From positions 6,724,407-6,788,406 of the forward strand of contig MU058584.1 in the NCBI GenBank assembly GCA_013265495.1: 64,000 bases of DNA. The letters run 5' to 3'. The stretch comes from Vicugna vicugna (taxonomy: Eukaryota). Position numbers and translations under genes: made by a program. Position 1 is the stretch's first letter. Each line of letters begins with the position of its first letter. Under the pieces are notes generated by a model. It worked only from the letters and a program-made list of their open reading frames with translations, was not told the DNA's origin and did not search any database. Positions 26,233 through 38,512 of the stretch are shown in pieces.

Positions 26233-26375
26233 GCATCCCAGGCCCTGTGCACATTGCTGCCTGTTGGTTGTTACAAGAAAGCAGTGGCCCAGTTTTTCCC
26301 CCAGCTTTTGATGGCCCTCATGCTTCAACTCTTTTACAGCAGCAACCTGAGACTGTTGACAGAGGACAGGCCTTT
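26233..26375 (+). CDS. MROH9: MROH9 window exon 10: ASQALCTLLPVGCYKKAVAQFFPQLLMALMLQLFYSSNLRLLTEDRP(F)
   Basis: cttccag|GCA...CCTTT|gtgaga; 143 nt, phase 0 to 2. Confidence 0.9.
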
Positions 26376-27427
26376 GTGAGAAAGTAGTGGTTATGTCAGA
26401 CTGAATAAGAAATGTTCTTCTAGCTGTCAAATTGTTCTACTCTTTTGGGTTCATGTAGAAATCTTTATACTCCCACATGCAGTATATTCAATTATTATAG
26501 TTTTCTCTCCTCTGAAGGGTAGATGCCTTCAGAAAAGTGACTTTCCTAAGTACCTAGAAGTTAGCCAGGACCTTCTCTGAGTGAGTGGGTAATGTATAAC
26601 AGAACTACTTTCACAGAACACAGTTTATTCCTACCCTAAAGGGAGGCCACTACACAGAGAGAGAGCAGGGAGGAGCAGTAGGTCCAAAGCGAGACACATT
26701 CTAGCTCTGCCATTTACTCTCATAGTGATCTCTCAGGGTAATTTATGTGTAAGATAAAATAATGTGCACAAATGTGCTTTGTGAACTGTAAAGTCGTTTC
26801 GTGGTTGTGATATAATGTGTGGTACCATGCAGTCATTCTGTCCACATGAGGCAAAGTTCAGCTCTTCTCTTTTACCTGAGAGTACAGTTAGCTTAGCTGC
26901 TCTCCAGGAAAATCTGGACCCAACTGTCTGCCGTCCGCCCTTGCCTGATGTGGATTTCTAGGCCAGGCAGAATTCTAAAACACAACCAGGCCCACTAAGA
27001 TATTTAAGCCACTCTCTGTCTTTCAGGCAGACATACACCAAGTCATCCCAAGTCAATAAGAATGTATTCTATTCATTTAAAGCATCCAAGGAAGAGAATC
27101 GACAGGCACCCTTAGCAAGTTTTCACATCTTTTAACATCTTTTGCTAATAAGCTTCAGGAAGTTAATAAACTAATAAGCTGCCCTGTGCTTGTTCCTAGA
27201 TTTTACATGCTGCAGCTTCAGTTTCACCTCACGTTACTGTACTGTACTGTCAGTCAGGAGAGGTGAAGAGCACTTAGTAGTCTCTTTCCTTTGAAGCATC
27301 CCCTTTCCCAAAACCAGCCTCCTGCCCAACATAGAATGAAAAGGCAGGTCACGTGTATTTAGTTACATAAAGGCCACTGACAGGTGGCAGGTGGCAGGTG
27401 ATGACTGTGCTGTTCTTTGGGCCTTAG

Positions 27428-27565
27428 CTATGCCTGCGATGCCCTGAGAGTTCTGCTGAACTGTTCTGGACTACAACAGGTCGATACTGCTCTACAGAGA
27501 AAGAACTGCTGGAACCAGTTTTCCCAGGTGCTGTTTCACCATCACGGAGTCTACCTTGTTGCCAA
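27428..27565 (+). CDS. MROH9: MROH9 window exon 11: YACDALRVLLNCSGLQQVDTALQRKNCWNQFSQVLFHHHGVYLVA(K)
   Basis: gccttag|C...GCCAA|gtaaga; 138 nt, phase 2 to 2. Confidence 0.92.
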
Positions 27566-28289
27566 GTAAGAACAGGGGCTTGGCATCGGGTTCTTGGTCT
27601 CTTTCCCACCTTCTCCATCTTCCTTCAGCTAAGCTATATGGGAACACAATAATATCCACTCCAACCTCTACATCTTCCCTAATGATCTGAATTGCCACTT
27701 GACTTCTACGTCACTCATTTTGAGGGGTCTTTACTTCAGGGTAGTTCTTCCTTGCCCTGTCCTCTACCTACTGATATAGATACCAAGTGATACTCCCTCC
27801 ACAGAACAGAATTCTCCTTCAGACATAGAGAACCAGCGGTCAGTCTGCTTCTTCCTTCCTCTGCCATCAACTGATTCCTGCTCTGCAGGCATCAGACAGT
27901 ATCAATGTGCTCCCACTTTAAAGATGTCTGATAAAAACCTGTGCTCAATGAGACAAATTTGGGAAAGTGTAATAGAAGAGGACTTTTATTTTTCTCATAC
28001 CAGAAAGTTTTTTTTTCTAGTTAGCTCATTAGTGAATAGCAAGCTTCTGATTATAAGAATCAGATTTTCTGATCAAGAATTAACATGGTCTTGACAACAT
28101 AACAGACCATTTGAAATAGTGACTGACTCACAGTGTACAGCCTATGTGGTTTCTGGGTTTTCAGTGCTTTTAAAAATGACATTTTATTTGCACATAGATT
28201 TCAAGAACACATTATTTTGTAAAAGTGTAGTATATATGCACCCTGCAGATTAAGTCATTCTATCCTCAGTACCTTATAGTACATTTGGA

Positions 28290-28455
28290 TCTTCTTACTC
28301 AGAGTGTGAGTCACACACCAGCAGCAACAGCATCACCTGGGAGTCAAACATGCAGAACCTCATGGCCTGCTTCAGACCTACTGAGTCAGAATCTGCATTT
28401 TAGCAAGATCCCCAGGTGATCTGTATGCATATTAGAATTTGAGAAGTACTGGTTT
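28290..28455. mobile_element. MER5A1-like hAT-Charlie MITE
   Basis: agcagcaacagcatcacctgggag...gagtcagaatctgcattttagcaagatccccaggtgat...tttgagaagtactg. Confidence 0.75.
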
Positions 28456-29076
28456 AGAATACCAGCCTGGAGTCTTTAAATGCAATCTCTGTAACACCCT
28501 CCTTCCTAGTCCTGCCAATCTGATCCAGGCCAGCTTGTCAGGACAACTGTAAGCCTGGCCTGCTCGAGTGTGTTACAGAGAATGGCTCAGTGCATCAGGG
28601 CTCACCACCGCTTCTCCTGAGTAACCCAGGACAGCCCCCAACTCTCTCCTTCACCACATCATTCAAAGGAAGGATTTGGCCTAAAACCACAAAGGTGACC
28701 TGTGTGGCCACCTTGGATTGCCAAGGTATTTATTTTCTCTCCCTTTGATCAGGCATCAAAGGAAGCTTGCAGTAATAGAGGGCATTCTGTACTGTGACAC
28801 AAGAGGGAAGAGACAGGAAAGAGGAGTGATGTTAAGGAAAGAGATGTTATCAGTGATCCAAATATATATAATTCCCTAGAGTCTATGTAGAATTCACAAT
28901 GGGGCTGCAGTTGACCTTGGATTCGGGAATATTCAAGAATATCTTTCTTTGTATTTGGGTCATATAAAATACGAGGATGATGGTTCTCTCTTTTCTACAA
29001 TTAGCATTTGCTGATGCAGAAAGTGGTTGGTTTTGTTGTTGTTGTTGCTAATTCAGTGTCTTCTTCTCCTTTACAG

Positions 29077-29197
29077 AACTCTCAGTGAATATAACTTTCC
29101 ACAATTTCCAGAGACCTTGCACTATCTCTACAAGCTCTCTGTGGAAGGTCCTAGAAGGTCAGAAGACAGTGTCATCATAATAATATTCCTCACTGAA
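29077..29197 (+). CDS. MROH9: MROH9 window exon 12: TLSEYNFPQFPETLHYLYKLSVEGPRRSEDSVIIIIFLTE
   Basis: tttacag|A...GAA|gtgagt; 121 nt, phase 2 to 0. Confidence 0.94.
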
Positions 29198-30944
29198 GTG
29201 AGTTTTATTGGGAGTTCTCATTCCTTTTCCTTATACAAACTTCAATCAACACTCTTACCCTTTATCTCTTTCTCCGAATATTGATTATCAAGAGTTAAGA
29301 CAGTGACAGATATGTGAAGTTGAGGGGGTAAGGAGGAGGTGGATCTGGATTAAGAGAGAGTTGTCCCTTTCGACTGCTACGGGAGTTGGCCTCTGCAGTT
29401 TTCTAGGGGTGTGGATTTGCACAAACTAGTTATTTTGTAGTACTAGTTTATATATCTCTGCATGCTTATTACAGTATATAAGGGTAACTGAGTTGACTAA
29501 AGTTAGTAGGTAACACCTGAGATCTAAATGATACTTCAGACTGGGGAAAAAAAGGAATGGGCTAAAAGGGTAAAATGAAAGTGTGGAACTATATTACTTT
29601 GTATATGAATATTACACCGTATCTTGGAATGTCACACCAGAGTCAAGCAAATTGAGGCAGTTCTTTTGCTTAAAAAAGGCATGTATAAAGTTTCATAAAT
29701 TGAAATCATCTCATTCAAATCTAATTTTTCTATAAAAGTAATGTATAATAAGCAAGTATTGATCTAAGACATGATGCCAAATATTTTCAAAAGTTTGACA
29801 TGTTGTCAAACATAGCAAAACTGTTAATAAACTACAAAAGACATACCCATACACTATACTATATACTTCTAAAGCTTGCAGGATACAGGAATCAGTTTAA
29901 CCAAACATTGCAGTAGCAAATCACCAATACTTTTCAAACTTGCTTAATCCATTTGAATCTCTCATTAATTTTATTATGTGACTCATTATTTTTATTGCAC
30001 TGTCTTTCAAATTGGTCTAAATATGACATACTTAATCCCTCCAATAAAATGACACATTAGAAGGAATTTACAGACTACATAATATTTGATTAAGCATCAT
30101 GAATGTGGCTGATGATGTTCAGTGAGACCTAGCTGTTTGCATCCTCATGAATGTAGTGCTTACTGCTATTGGAGATGGCATGCCTGTCCTGCCAAGAGCT
30201 CAGACATGACCACATTCTTCCACCACCTTCTCTAACTGGAACTTATGAGAAATTGTCAACTTTCTGGATCAACTGTGAGGTCCCTTGGCCTTCAGTTGTT
30301 TTGAGCACATAATCTATGTACTTTACCTTATTTAGGTCTCATCAGCCAGTGATACCTAAGGTAGTATTACCAATGCCTATGTCATTTTTTAAATATGTTA
30401 CTTCTAGTTTTCTAATATAAACAGCAGTAGAGCTTACATCTTTGTGCCTAAATCTTCTTTCCTTTGGTATTTTAGATCATTTTCTTGTAAGAGGTTCTAA
30501 GAATCTGAGATAATAACTAAAGGGCATAAACTTTCTCAAGGCTAAGGATTTTTAATGTCAAACTGATACCTGGAAGACAGTGCCAACGAGTGCTCCCCAC
30601 ACAGCTCGTGGGTATGCTCACCCCAAGGCACTCTCGTCACCACGGACAATCTTTCCAATTTGAGAGACAGACATGATGTCTTGTGGGTGATTTCATTTGT
30701 CCTTATTTTTTAAATTTTTAGAGAGGTTGAACATTTTTAAAATATTATTATTTATAAATTAAAGTTCTGTAATGTGAACAACTTGATCTCTCCTTTACCC
30801 ATCTACCTGTTATGATCTTAGTGTTTTTCTCAATGAACTGTATGTTTCTCCCCACCACCTTTCCCTCTCCCTCTCTCTCTCACACAAACACACACACACA
30901 CACTCACACAAAAATCTGTGACTATCAAGTGACATACACACACA

Positions 30945-31860
30945 GTGCCTTGTACATCCTTAGTGAGATGAATTGCATGAACAAAAAAATCTATAAAGAA
31001 ATATTTATTTTTCCTCAAGAGGTTTATTAATCTTATATGTTGATATCATAATTTTAAGACTATGGTATACATTATATAGCAGAAAGCAAATAAGTAAATA
31101 TAGTAATGCTATTAGGCGCCAAGGTTTTCCAGGTAAGAAAAGAAAGTATAAAAGTATAAAAAATTAACATAAACTCTATTATATTAGATTTGAATTGACT
31201 GTACCAACATTGTCAAATGAACTCACGACTGAAAAAATAGTACTTCCTAGCTCAAGTAAAGGCCAAGAAGACACGATATTCCAACAGCAGTGCGTACACC
31301 CTAGCACTCATTTCTAAAGGTTTCTACATACCATTGCTCACCAAAAGAAATCTTGTCTCATTGAAGAAGTGGCTGAATTCAGGGGGCAAGGAAAATATGA
31401 GCCTGGGACATCTAATTTTTCCACAAGCAAAGAAGTGCTCAAAGGTAGATGACTTATTTCAAAAGGACACGAGAGTCAACTTGAAGGGTCTACCAACTAG
31501 ACAAATTTGAGCATCAAAAGAAATAGTAACTGCAAATAATTATAATATATTGGAAAAAATTTTTAAGGCACAAGGCCTTGGTAGTACTCAAAATTGTAGA
31601 TCTGGAAAAGAGATAGAGAGACAGAGACAAAAAGATAGATGTCAGCCACTAAATGCAGAAGGAATGCTGGAAGTAGAAAACCACCATTTTGCAAGTCCCT
31701 AAGTAATAACTGAATAAAGAAAAAGACACCAATGAATTTTAAAACCACTAAGTGAAAGTTGTGGGAGAACAGAATATTCACATAGCACTAAATTTAGGTT
31801 AGTTACTAATTATAAAGGGAAATATGCCTTCACATTTTGATGTGTGGTGATCACTCAAAA
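30945..31860 (+). mobile_element. L1MC4-like 3' region fragment
   Basis: cacaccctagcactca..., aaatgcagaaggaatgctggaagtagaaaaccaccattttgcaa resemble recalled L1MC 3' UTR. Confidence 0.55.
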
Positions 31861-32559
31861 ACAATTGAACTTGATCCTGTTTGGCCATAACACATTGATA
31901 ACTGTCTGCTATCATTCCTAATCTACTTCAGTTATCCAATTTACTTTGCCTCATGACTGGGACAAAGCCCAGGCATAAGTAATATAGAAATCAGAGCCTC
32001 AAAACATCCTGGTATGCATCCTTAGTTAAGAACCACTGACACACGCTTTCTTCCCTAAGCACAAGACATTATATCTACTAATTTCACTGTTTTTCTGTTT
32101 CCCAATTCAATAATCTCTACTATTATCTTTATTATTTCCTCACCCCAATTTTCTTTAGCACTATTTCACTTTTTGCAATATTTTATTTTTCATAATTTCA
32201 GGAAACAATCAATTTGTTCATTTTTAACATTTCTTTTTAAGTAAAGTTACACATTAACTTCCAACTATAGTGTATCTATCTTATTATATAAATTTTTATT
32301 ATTTTTATTGTTTTGTTGTACTCTTTATTGTATTTTGATTTCCTCTGTGGTTTACAATTTCACCACAAATGGACAAGGATTCTCTTAAATTTCCAAGTGC
32401 TTATACGCTTTCTCATTTTTTTCCATTTAAATTTTCTTCTTGGTGTCTTCTTTTATTATATATACCATGAGTCGTTTTTAAGTGTTTTTAAATGTTTTGC
32501 TTTAGGGAAATTATTGATTTTTTTGAACTGGTAATAAATTTTTGTGCAAGTGCTTTGGA

Positions 32560-32623
32560 ACTATGCTGTACCCCAGAAATAAACACAATATTGTAAACTG
32601 ACTATAATTTAAAAAAAAAAAAA
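32560..32623 (+). mobile_element. Extremely 5'-truncated young L1 3' end with poly(A)
   Basis: tgctgtaccccagaaataaacacaatattgtaaactgactata plus A-tract; homologous to the L1 end at about 15172-15215. Confidence 0.8.
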
Positions 32624-32864
32624 GTATGTTCTCTCCTTCCCTCTCACTTTCTCTTGCTCTCACTCTCGCTCTCATTTTCTTGCTCTCCATTTTTCTCTGT
32701 ACTTGAACTGTCTTAGTAATATTTTTAATTCTTCCATGAAATTGTTTTTTAATTAAACTCATTGTGTTTCTAAGAGATTTTTTTAAATATGTCTATTTTG
32801 CCTGCTAGTTATTCAATGAGTAAAAGGCTCATGATAATCGCATCTTCATTTGGCATATTAACTG

Positions 32865-33385
32865 TTAAACACTAAAACTCCTTAACTTGGCCACCAGGTC
32901 CCGGGCCACCTCACCTGCCTGCCCTCCCACCTCACCACCCTCCAGTCTATTTTTCCATTCTGTCACTCTGGCCTCCTTCCATGTGCTCAGACACACCCTG
33001 CTTCATCTACTCAGGGCCTTTACCCATAGGTTCTGCTCCTTGGAGATGTGTTCTCCAAATACTCGATCTAGTTAATGACAGCTCTGCATCAAGTCCAAAT
33101 CTAAGTATACTTTTTATTCTCAATGCAGGCTACACTACACAATCTAAATTCAGCACTCCTTTAAATGTTCGTGTGGTACCTTGTAGCTTTCCTTCCTAGT
33201 ACTGATCACAGCTAGCAACTCTGTTCTCATGAGAGTAGTATATATACTATTGTGTAGATAGTGTCAGTGTACAGTATCATTCTCTCCAGCTACTCTGTAA
33301 TCTCCTCAAGGACATGAATTGAGACCGTTTTGCTCACTACCGTGTCCCCATCTGCCAGTACAGTGCTTCACCCATAGTAGGCGTC
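32865..33385 (+). mobile_element. L2 LINE 3' fragment
   Basis: ctcagggcctttaccca...ctgtaatctcctcaaggaca...cagtgcttcacccatagtaggc. Confidence 0.7.
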
Positions 33386-33398
33386 ACCTCAGTGTATA

Positions 33399-33989
33399 TA
33401 AATATTCACTGTCAAGGAACTAACCCACCTGACTGCAATCTGGGAGAAGGAGGTAATTTAAATTAGGTCACTCAGTTTCCAACAATGGAGAGAAAAACAA
33501 ACCAAACTATAATAGGAATAGAAAAGAGTTTTATTCAAGCCCAACTGAGAACTATAACCCAGGAGACAGCCTCTCAGATAACTCTGAAGAACTGCTCTGG
33601 AGAAGCATGGTTTTCAGCACAGTTTTATATCTTGTCAGAATAAAGAATATCAAACAAGTCAGGAATGTATTCCTTCAAGGTTTAAACAAAAAAAAACCAG
33701 ATCAGCATATGCACAGCGAGTCAGTATAGACTTGGCACCTGGGAAGGGAGTCTTATCATCAAAGGAGGACCAGCACTGGTGTCCCAGGAAGGGAGGCATT
33801 TAATCATTAATTTTAACACGCACATTCTTTACTTCTGGTCAGTGTACCCTTTTCTTTAAAATTAAAGCAGATGTACAATTCATGCTTGATAAGCCACAAA
33901 CAGGCTATTTTAGTTAGCATAAAATTAGAGTTAAATCATAAACCAGGATGACTTCACCATAACTCCATATGTGAAAATTTCTTTCCTCA
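33399..33989 (-). mobile_element. ERV1-type solo LTR
   Basis: gagttttattcaagcccaactgagaactataacccaggagacagcctctcagataactctgaagaactgctc is typical LTR sequence; ends ...cctCA followed by TATA (possible 4-bp TSD); left boundary uncertain. Confidence 0.65.
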
Positions 33990-34200
33990 TATATATAAAA
34001 CAAAGCATGTATTTCCTACTATATCTGATACTTCTCCTTCACTCTGTGAGCACAGAAATACATGTAGAAATGCATGTTAAGTATTTAGTTTCAATGTGAT
34101 GTGTATCCCTGCTTTACTGAAAATGTCTTGATTCTTATGACTGAAGCAGAAATCATGCTTGGCCATTACTCTGCCTATGAACCTAACTGTCTTCTTTTAG

Positions 34201-34338
34201 CTTCTCAACAACTTTTTCAAGGACCCATTCCCAGAGGAATTTTTGGTTCTCTTCAGAAACTGGGTCAATGACTCTGATCCTGCAGTTAGCAAACTGAGCC
34301 TTCAGAAAATCGCCAGCATGGCACCAGTTATCAATGAG
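34201..34338 (+). CDS. MROH9: MROH9 window exon 13: LLNNFFKDPFPEEFLVLFRNWVNDSDPAVSKLSLQKIASMAPVINE
   Basis: cttttag|CTT...GAG|gtatgc; 138 nt, open, HEAT-repeat-like. Confidence 0.9.
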
Positions 34339-34897
34339 GTATGCGTGTGTGTGATTTGTGTCTGCAGGCACCGTGAAAGTCATAATCTGAGATTTGACAT
34401 AGCTCAGTATCCTTACTGACAAAACATTGGTATTTTTTAGTGTTTACATATCTAAAACAATATCAAAGCCAGTTGTTTTATCAATAAGAAAACTGGGTTG
34501 AATGAAAGGGCCATGTTAAATCAACTTACTGACTTTATCACCTTATTTATAAGTTTTTCCCAGAAAATCATTCATTGCACTCAGAATTTATCAGCATTGC
34601 CTACCTGAGTACTCTTACTACAGTCTAAACCACACGTACACAAGTTGTTTTCCACTCCAACATACACACATGCATACATATTAATTCCTTTCTCAGAGCA
34701 GTCACTCAAGCTTCTTCTTCCTTTATACCACTTTTCTCCTTCACCCAATCACATTTTTCTAATTTTTCAATGATCAGCTGAAGTCAAATTTCACTGAATA
34801 TTCTGCTCTCTAGCAGCCTCGTCCCTTTCAGAGCCACACCAACTATATATATAAGCAACTATATATAGAAGCACTTGCTTATATAATATTTTATATT

Positions 34898-35112
34898 AAT
34901 GGTTCTCTACCTGTGACTCTTGAGCCAGCAGCATCAGAATCTCTCGGGAAACTTGTTAAAAATGCAAACTGTCAGGTCCTATCACAGGCCTAGGGAATCA
35001 GAAATCCTGGGGGTGGTGCCCACTAATCTGTGTTTTCAAAAGTCATCCATCCAAAACAAAAAGTAAAAAAAAAAGTCATCCAGCTGATTCTAATACAGTT
35101 TAAACTTGAGTC
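34898..35112. mobile_element. MER5A hAT-Charlie MITE containing a micro-insertion
   Basis: ccagcagcatcagaatctctcgggaaacttgttaaaaatgcaaa...aatctgtgttttcaaaag...gctgattctaatac. Confidence 0.75.
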
Positions 35113-35831
35113 TGCTTATATATATATATATATCTCCTATATCATTTCCCACTGAGTCATGTGAATACTTCTAGCCTTCCAAGAAGACTGAATCAAAGCA
35201 TACTCCTATGTTTTGTAATTCTCTTGTAAATTCCAAAGTACCTTGTACAATGCTGATACTGCAGATGTTCCATAAATTATTACTGATTTAATAATAAATT
35301 TAATAATAAATCCTAGTATATCTATTAAGCATAGTCCCTGAAAGCTTAAAGCCTGTCACTGGGCACTCATTTTGCATTTAGAATCAAATGAGCCATGGTT
35401 TACTTGCTTTAGATAAGTCATACAAGTCAACAGTATGTACTGTACACACAGAGTTATTGACTGCCATGTCCAGTGCTCTTACCAACATGAATAACAACTG
35501 AAGGGCCTGTGTCAAGGTTATCTAGGAGAGTGAGAGCGAATAGCAGGGAGTGATCTGGATTGAGGTTTTAATACCTCTATTGGTAAAGTCTCAATTTTCC
35601 AGCCAGATACAAGTGGCCTCTGGCTATTATTTTGGCAAATAGCATTTATTTCTTTTATTTATTTATTTATTTCTAGTCTTTCTTTCTCTTCTTTGGTGTC
35701 TCCTTTTCATGTTTTAATTGTCTTATATTCTGTTTGTCTCTGATCTGCAATTGACACCCACGACTTGGCTCAGCAGCTCAGTGGCTTCCATGTCCAAACA
35801 GATTAGTCACGTAGTTTAGAGGTTATACTGC

Positions 35832-36219
35832 CAGTGGTGTGTGCTGGTAAATGTTTAAACAATCAGCTGTCTGGAAATAAGACCAATTTCCCTGGTGTAA
35901 GTATTTACACCATGGCTGATTTCAAGCTACCAAAGGGACATCAGTAAACCCAGATTTGGGCAGAGATGCACAGTAGCACATCATTATCTAATACTTCTAC
36001 CATACAGATACAATACATGTAAATAACCTCAAGGGCATAAAAGAGCAAAATGTAGCAAAGGAAATGGTGATGAGTTTTGAATATTTATTACCATTGTTTT
36101 TATTTATTTCTATATTTATAAAATTTAATTTTTAATAGTGACTTTTTAAAAATAATCAGTTGCAAGATTTTTGACAGTTTGATAATTGACTCTTGTAAGC
36201 CAGCTCCAGCACACCACTG
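35832..36219. mobile_element. MER63-family hAT-Blackjack element
   Basis: TIRs CAGTGGTGTG...CACACCACTG; degenerate 8-bp TSD tatactgc / catgctgc. Confidence 0.8.
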
Positions 36220-36313
36220 CATGCTGCCCAAACTCAGAGGTGGCCATACCAAATGCTACCTCAAGTCTCCTTCCAGTTCCCAAATCCCATCATTTTCTTT
36301 CTTTCACACATAG

Positions 36314-36490
36314 ATAGAAAATGTCAGCAGCTTATTATTATCCATCGTGGATGCCTTCCTTTCCAAAGACAAGACTGTTGTTATTCGGGCCTTCATGACC
36401 CTTCGAAGTCTTCTAGTCAGACTGGACAAGGTGACCTACTCCTCCCTGTGTACCAGAATTGCTTCCAGCTACTGTCCTCTGATGGATCAT
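36314..36490 (+). CDS. MROH9: MROH9 window exon 14: IENVSSLLLSIVDAFLSKDKTVVIRAFMTLRSLLVRLDKVTYSSLCTRIASSYCPLMDH
   Basis: cacatag|ATA...CAT|gtgagt; 177 nt, open, HEAT-like. Confidence 0.9.
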
Positions 36491-36744
36491 GTGAGTTACA
36501 CAGAAGTGTGAGATCATTAGTTTTTATCATTCAACTGAAAGCCCCAGCTGAGGCAATGATATTATACCCCAAAATAAGTCAACAGAAGGCAGTCATTTTG
36601 TGCAGAGCCATCATTTCTTTTCCAGAGATGATAATATTCATCAGGTAAGCACTATGTTTGTTTGTTTGTTTAAAGAGAGAACCTGGAAAAGTCTGCCCAT
36701 AAGAAAAAAGAATCAAAGAATAGCCTCTGTTCTTGGATGAAAGA

Positions 36745-36960
36745 GGAAATGTAGCTTAGTGTCTATGTATTGGTTAACTCTGAATCTGGATGGAATTCCT
36801 AGGTTCAAATCCCTGTTCTGCCGCTTACTAGCTATAAAATATTGAGCAGATTATTCAGTCTCTTAGTGTATCAGTTTCCTCATCTATAAAATAGAGTAGC
36901 AGGCACATTATTGGTATTAGAGTTGACATGTATAATGCCCCAAATGAATATGTTATTATC
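36745..36960 (+). mobile_element. MIR SINE
   Basis: ggttcaaatccctgttctgccgcttactagct...tcagtttcctcatctataaaat. Confidence 0.75.
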
Positions 36961-37309
36961 ATATAAAAATTTAATTAAAAAGTATTTCATCAGAAAGTTA
37001 TGCATTTTGAAAATTCTCATTTTGTATAGTAAACATGTTCCAGAAAAGTTGGATAACAGAAATATAGTATTTTAATAAACAAGAACATTTTGGTATGCAA
37101 TGGGAAATCTATTTATTTTTAAAGATTCCTATGATGAGTTGTTTGTGAACCAGAAAATTATTTCACAGTAAATTATCTTGCCCAAATTTATAAGTTCTTA
37201 ATTATGCAGGTTTCATTGAAGAAAGGCTCAATATTATTTAATTATAGAGAGAAGAAATTTAGTGGCAAAAATGATTTTCATAAGGACATAATGATAATAA
37301 TAGTAAAAA

Positions 37310-37490
37310 TAATAGTGGCTAGAGTTTATTGAGCATTTACTATGTACCAGGCACTATTCTACAAGATTTACATGGGTGATCTCATATAATTCTCTAAAAA
37401 ACTTCATTACTGTTATCCAGTTTACATATAAGGAAACTTAACTGAATATTTGGCCAAGTTCATACAGCTAATAAATAGCTGGCATAACCA
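37310..37490 (-). mobile_element. MIR SINE
   Basis: tttattgagcatttactatgtaccaggcact...cagtttacatataaggaaact. Confidence 0.7.
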
Positions 37491-38062
37491 TGTAAAGAAT
37501 TATTTTCAAAATGAAATCATAAACCTTTTTTAAAAGCTGGAAGGTGATATTATATTTTTTAAAATTACCCTCTTCCTCTGACTCGCAGTTTTTCTCTTCT
37601 AGAGTGTTTGTAATCCAATTACCTTCCTTTTGGCATAAATGAGTCCTTGGAAACCTAGAATTACGCCAGCCGGTATGCCAAGAAATCCCATTGGTATTCA
37701 CTGACAATTCTGCAAAGGCCTCCAGCATTTGAAGACAGTCTCTTTTTTAACAGAAATTATTTCTAAGTTATACATATTTTTACAGGTTATATTTTTAGGA
37801 TGTTATTAAATATTAACTATTTTCCTAAATTTAAGAAACTCACTTTTCACAAGGGATTTTCCTTAACATAATCTGAATTTTGGTAAGTAAATCTTATTTT
37901 AAAATGAAAAGAAGAGCTGACTACTTGGATCCAAGGTGAATCTTTTCTAAAAATAAATGATAAAAATTGTACGTATGTATACATACATATATATATAATA
38001 TACACACATATATATATATTATGAAGTGCATATGTATGTATATATACTATATATAGTATACA

Positions 38063-38066
<4 letters not shown>

Positions 38067-38104
<38 letters not shown>
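38067..38104 (+). repeat. (GT)19 microsatellite, preceded by a TA-rich low-complexity tract from about 37970
   Basis: Seen directly. Confidence 0.95.
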
Positions 38105-38106
<2 letters not shown>

Positions 38107-38141
38107 CCTCAAATGGGATCTTTTCTGTGTGCATATTTCAG

Positions 38142-38294
38142 AGTAATGGAGGCATTCGGAGTATGGCCATTCGACACTTTGGTGAGTTACTCAGGGACAT
38201 GAGTCATTACACATGGATGCTAAATGATGTGGTTTTCAGAGGCTTGGTGCCTCTGATCCTGTTTCTGGAAGATACAGAAGCAAGAGTAGTTAAA
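38142..38294 (+). CDS. MROH9: MROH9 window exon 15: SNGGIRSMAIRHFGELLRDMSHYTWMLNDVVFRGLVPLILFLEDTEARVVK
   Basis: atttcag|AGT...AAA|gtaagt; 153 nt; maestro/MROH-type R..AI..FG.L...LVPL...L.D motif. Confidence 0.92.
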
Positions 38295-38395
38295 GTAAGT
38301 CTTGTGATTTTGTTTTTCTCAGTTTTGCAGAGAATCATAATGTTTTATGTAACACTGGATGAACAGGTATTTATTGTCCTTTTTCTACTTCACAG

Positions 38396-38512
38396 GCATG
38401 TAAACATACACTAGGAATCTGTGCCTCAGAATTAAAATGGTCGGCATCATACTTGTTCAATGACGAATATTACAGTTTTGAGCTGGTAGTGCTCAACATC
38501 TGTAACAACCTT
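38396..38512 (+). CDS. MROH9: MROH9 window exon 16: ACKHTLGICASELKWSASYLFNDEYYSFELVVLNICNNL
   Basis: ttcacag|GCA...CTT|gtaagt; 117 nt after a 101-bp intron. Confidence 0.92.

Noticed and set aside
26369..26372. GC-type donor (GACAG|gcc) for window exon 10
   Set aside because: A canonical GT donor 6 nt downstream (|gtgaga at 26376) has the same phase and fits the recalled orthologue length better.
36253..36648. 131-aa plus-strand ORF
   Set aside because: An alternative frame overlapping the true exon 36314-36490.
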